From contig OZ234493.1 in NCBI GenBank assembly GCA_965153455.1, forward strand, positions 15,304,213 to 15,368,212: a stretch of DNA of 64,000 bases. The letters run 5' to 3'. The DNA comes from Sphagnum compactum. Its lineage: Eukaryota. The position numbers and the translations under genes are program-made. Below are positions 63,685 to 64,000 of this stretch, piece by piece. Numbering within the stretch: position 1 is the stretch's first letter; each line of letters starts with the position of its first letter. The notes beneath the pieces were generated by a model, which ran no database searches, was not told the origin of the DNA, and saw nothing but the letters and a program-made list of their open reading frames with translations.

Positions 63685-64000
63685 ATGACTGACACAAGAT
63701 TCGACTTGTAAAATATTATGGAGGTCTAGTCAGCACCATGCCAATGTTCTCTACTATTTTCTTATTTTTTACTTTAGCCAATATGAGTTTACCTGGTACT
63801 AGCAGCTTTATTGGGGAATTTCTTATTTTAGTAGGAGCTCTCCAAAGAAATAGCTTAGTGGCCACATTAGCAGCACTTGGGATGATTTTAGGTGCAGCTT
63901 ATTCTCTTTGGCTATATAATCGTGTGATTTTTGGGAATTTCAAACATAAATTCCTCCAAAAATTTTCCGATTTAAATAGAAGAGAAGTTCTAATATTTTT
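63685..64000 (+). pseudogene. nad4: NUMT: mitochondrial nad4 fragment (runs off the window end)
   Basis: D*HKIRLVKYYGGLVSTMPMFSTIFLFFTLANMSLPGTSSFIGEFLILVGALQRNSLVATLAALGMILGAAYSLWLYNRVIFG...FSDLNRREVLIF, with a CGA>TGA stop. Confidence 0.96.

Noticed and set aside
63154-63688. ORF-track 'fusion proteins' 63154-63600(-) and 63461-63688(+)
   Set aside because: Accidental read-through across the nad2/psaB junction; each half is an organellar fragment read antisense or truncated.

Overview
AT-rich nuclear DNA from a plant, most likely a moss (the TTTAGGG telomere motif, the bryophyte-like organellar fragments and the dispersed repeat families suggest Sphagnum; this is an inference). There are two clear protein-coding genes. 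One is a 5-exon ubiquitin-60S ribosomal protein L40 fusion gene (+, 33516-35094). The other is a multi-exon CDK-like (CKL/At1g54610-type) Ser/Thr kinase (-, ATG at 44335) whose last exon is ambiguous. Most of the remainder is decayed transposon DNA: a hAT element nested in a CACTA-like shell, non-autonomous CACTA elements, a pogo/DDE_1 transposase, a PIF/Harbinger element (nuclease plus Myb ORF), MITEs, and two co-oriented Ty3/gypsy copies. The last ~1.9 kb is a patchwork of short plastid and mitochondrial fragments (rrn23, ycf1-like, rpoC1, trnD-trnY, nad2, psaB, nad4) inserted into a gypsy element and carrying CpG-deamination scars. I found no convincing new multi-gene system. The most interesting items are the mixed NUPT/NUMT mosaic, the inverted telomeric fold-back, the tandem gypsy copies apparently sharing one LTR, the kinase uORF and 3' end, and several structured repeats.
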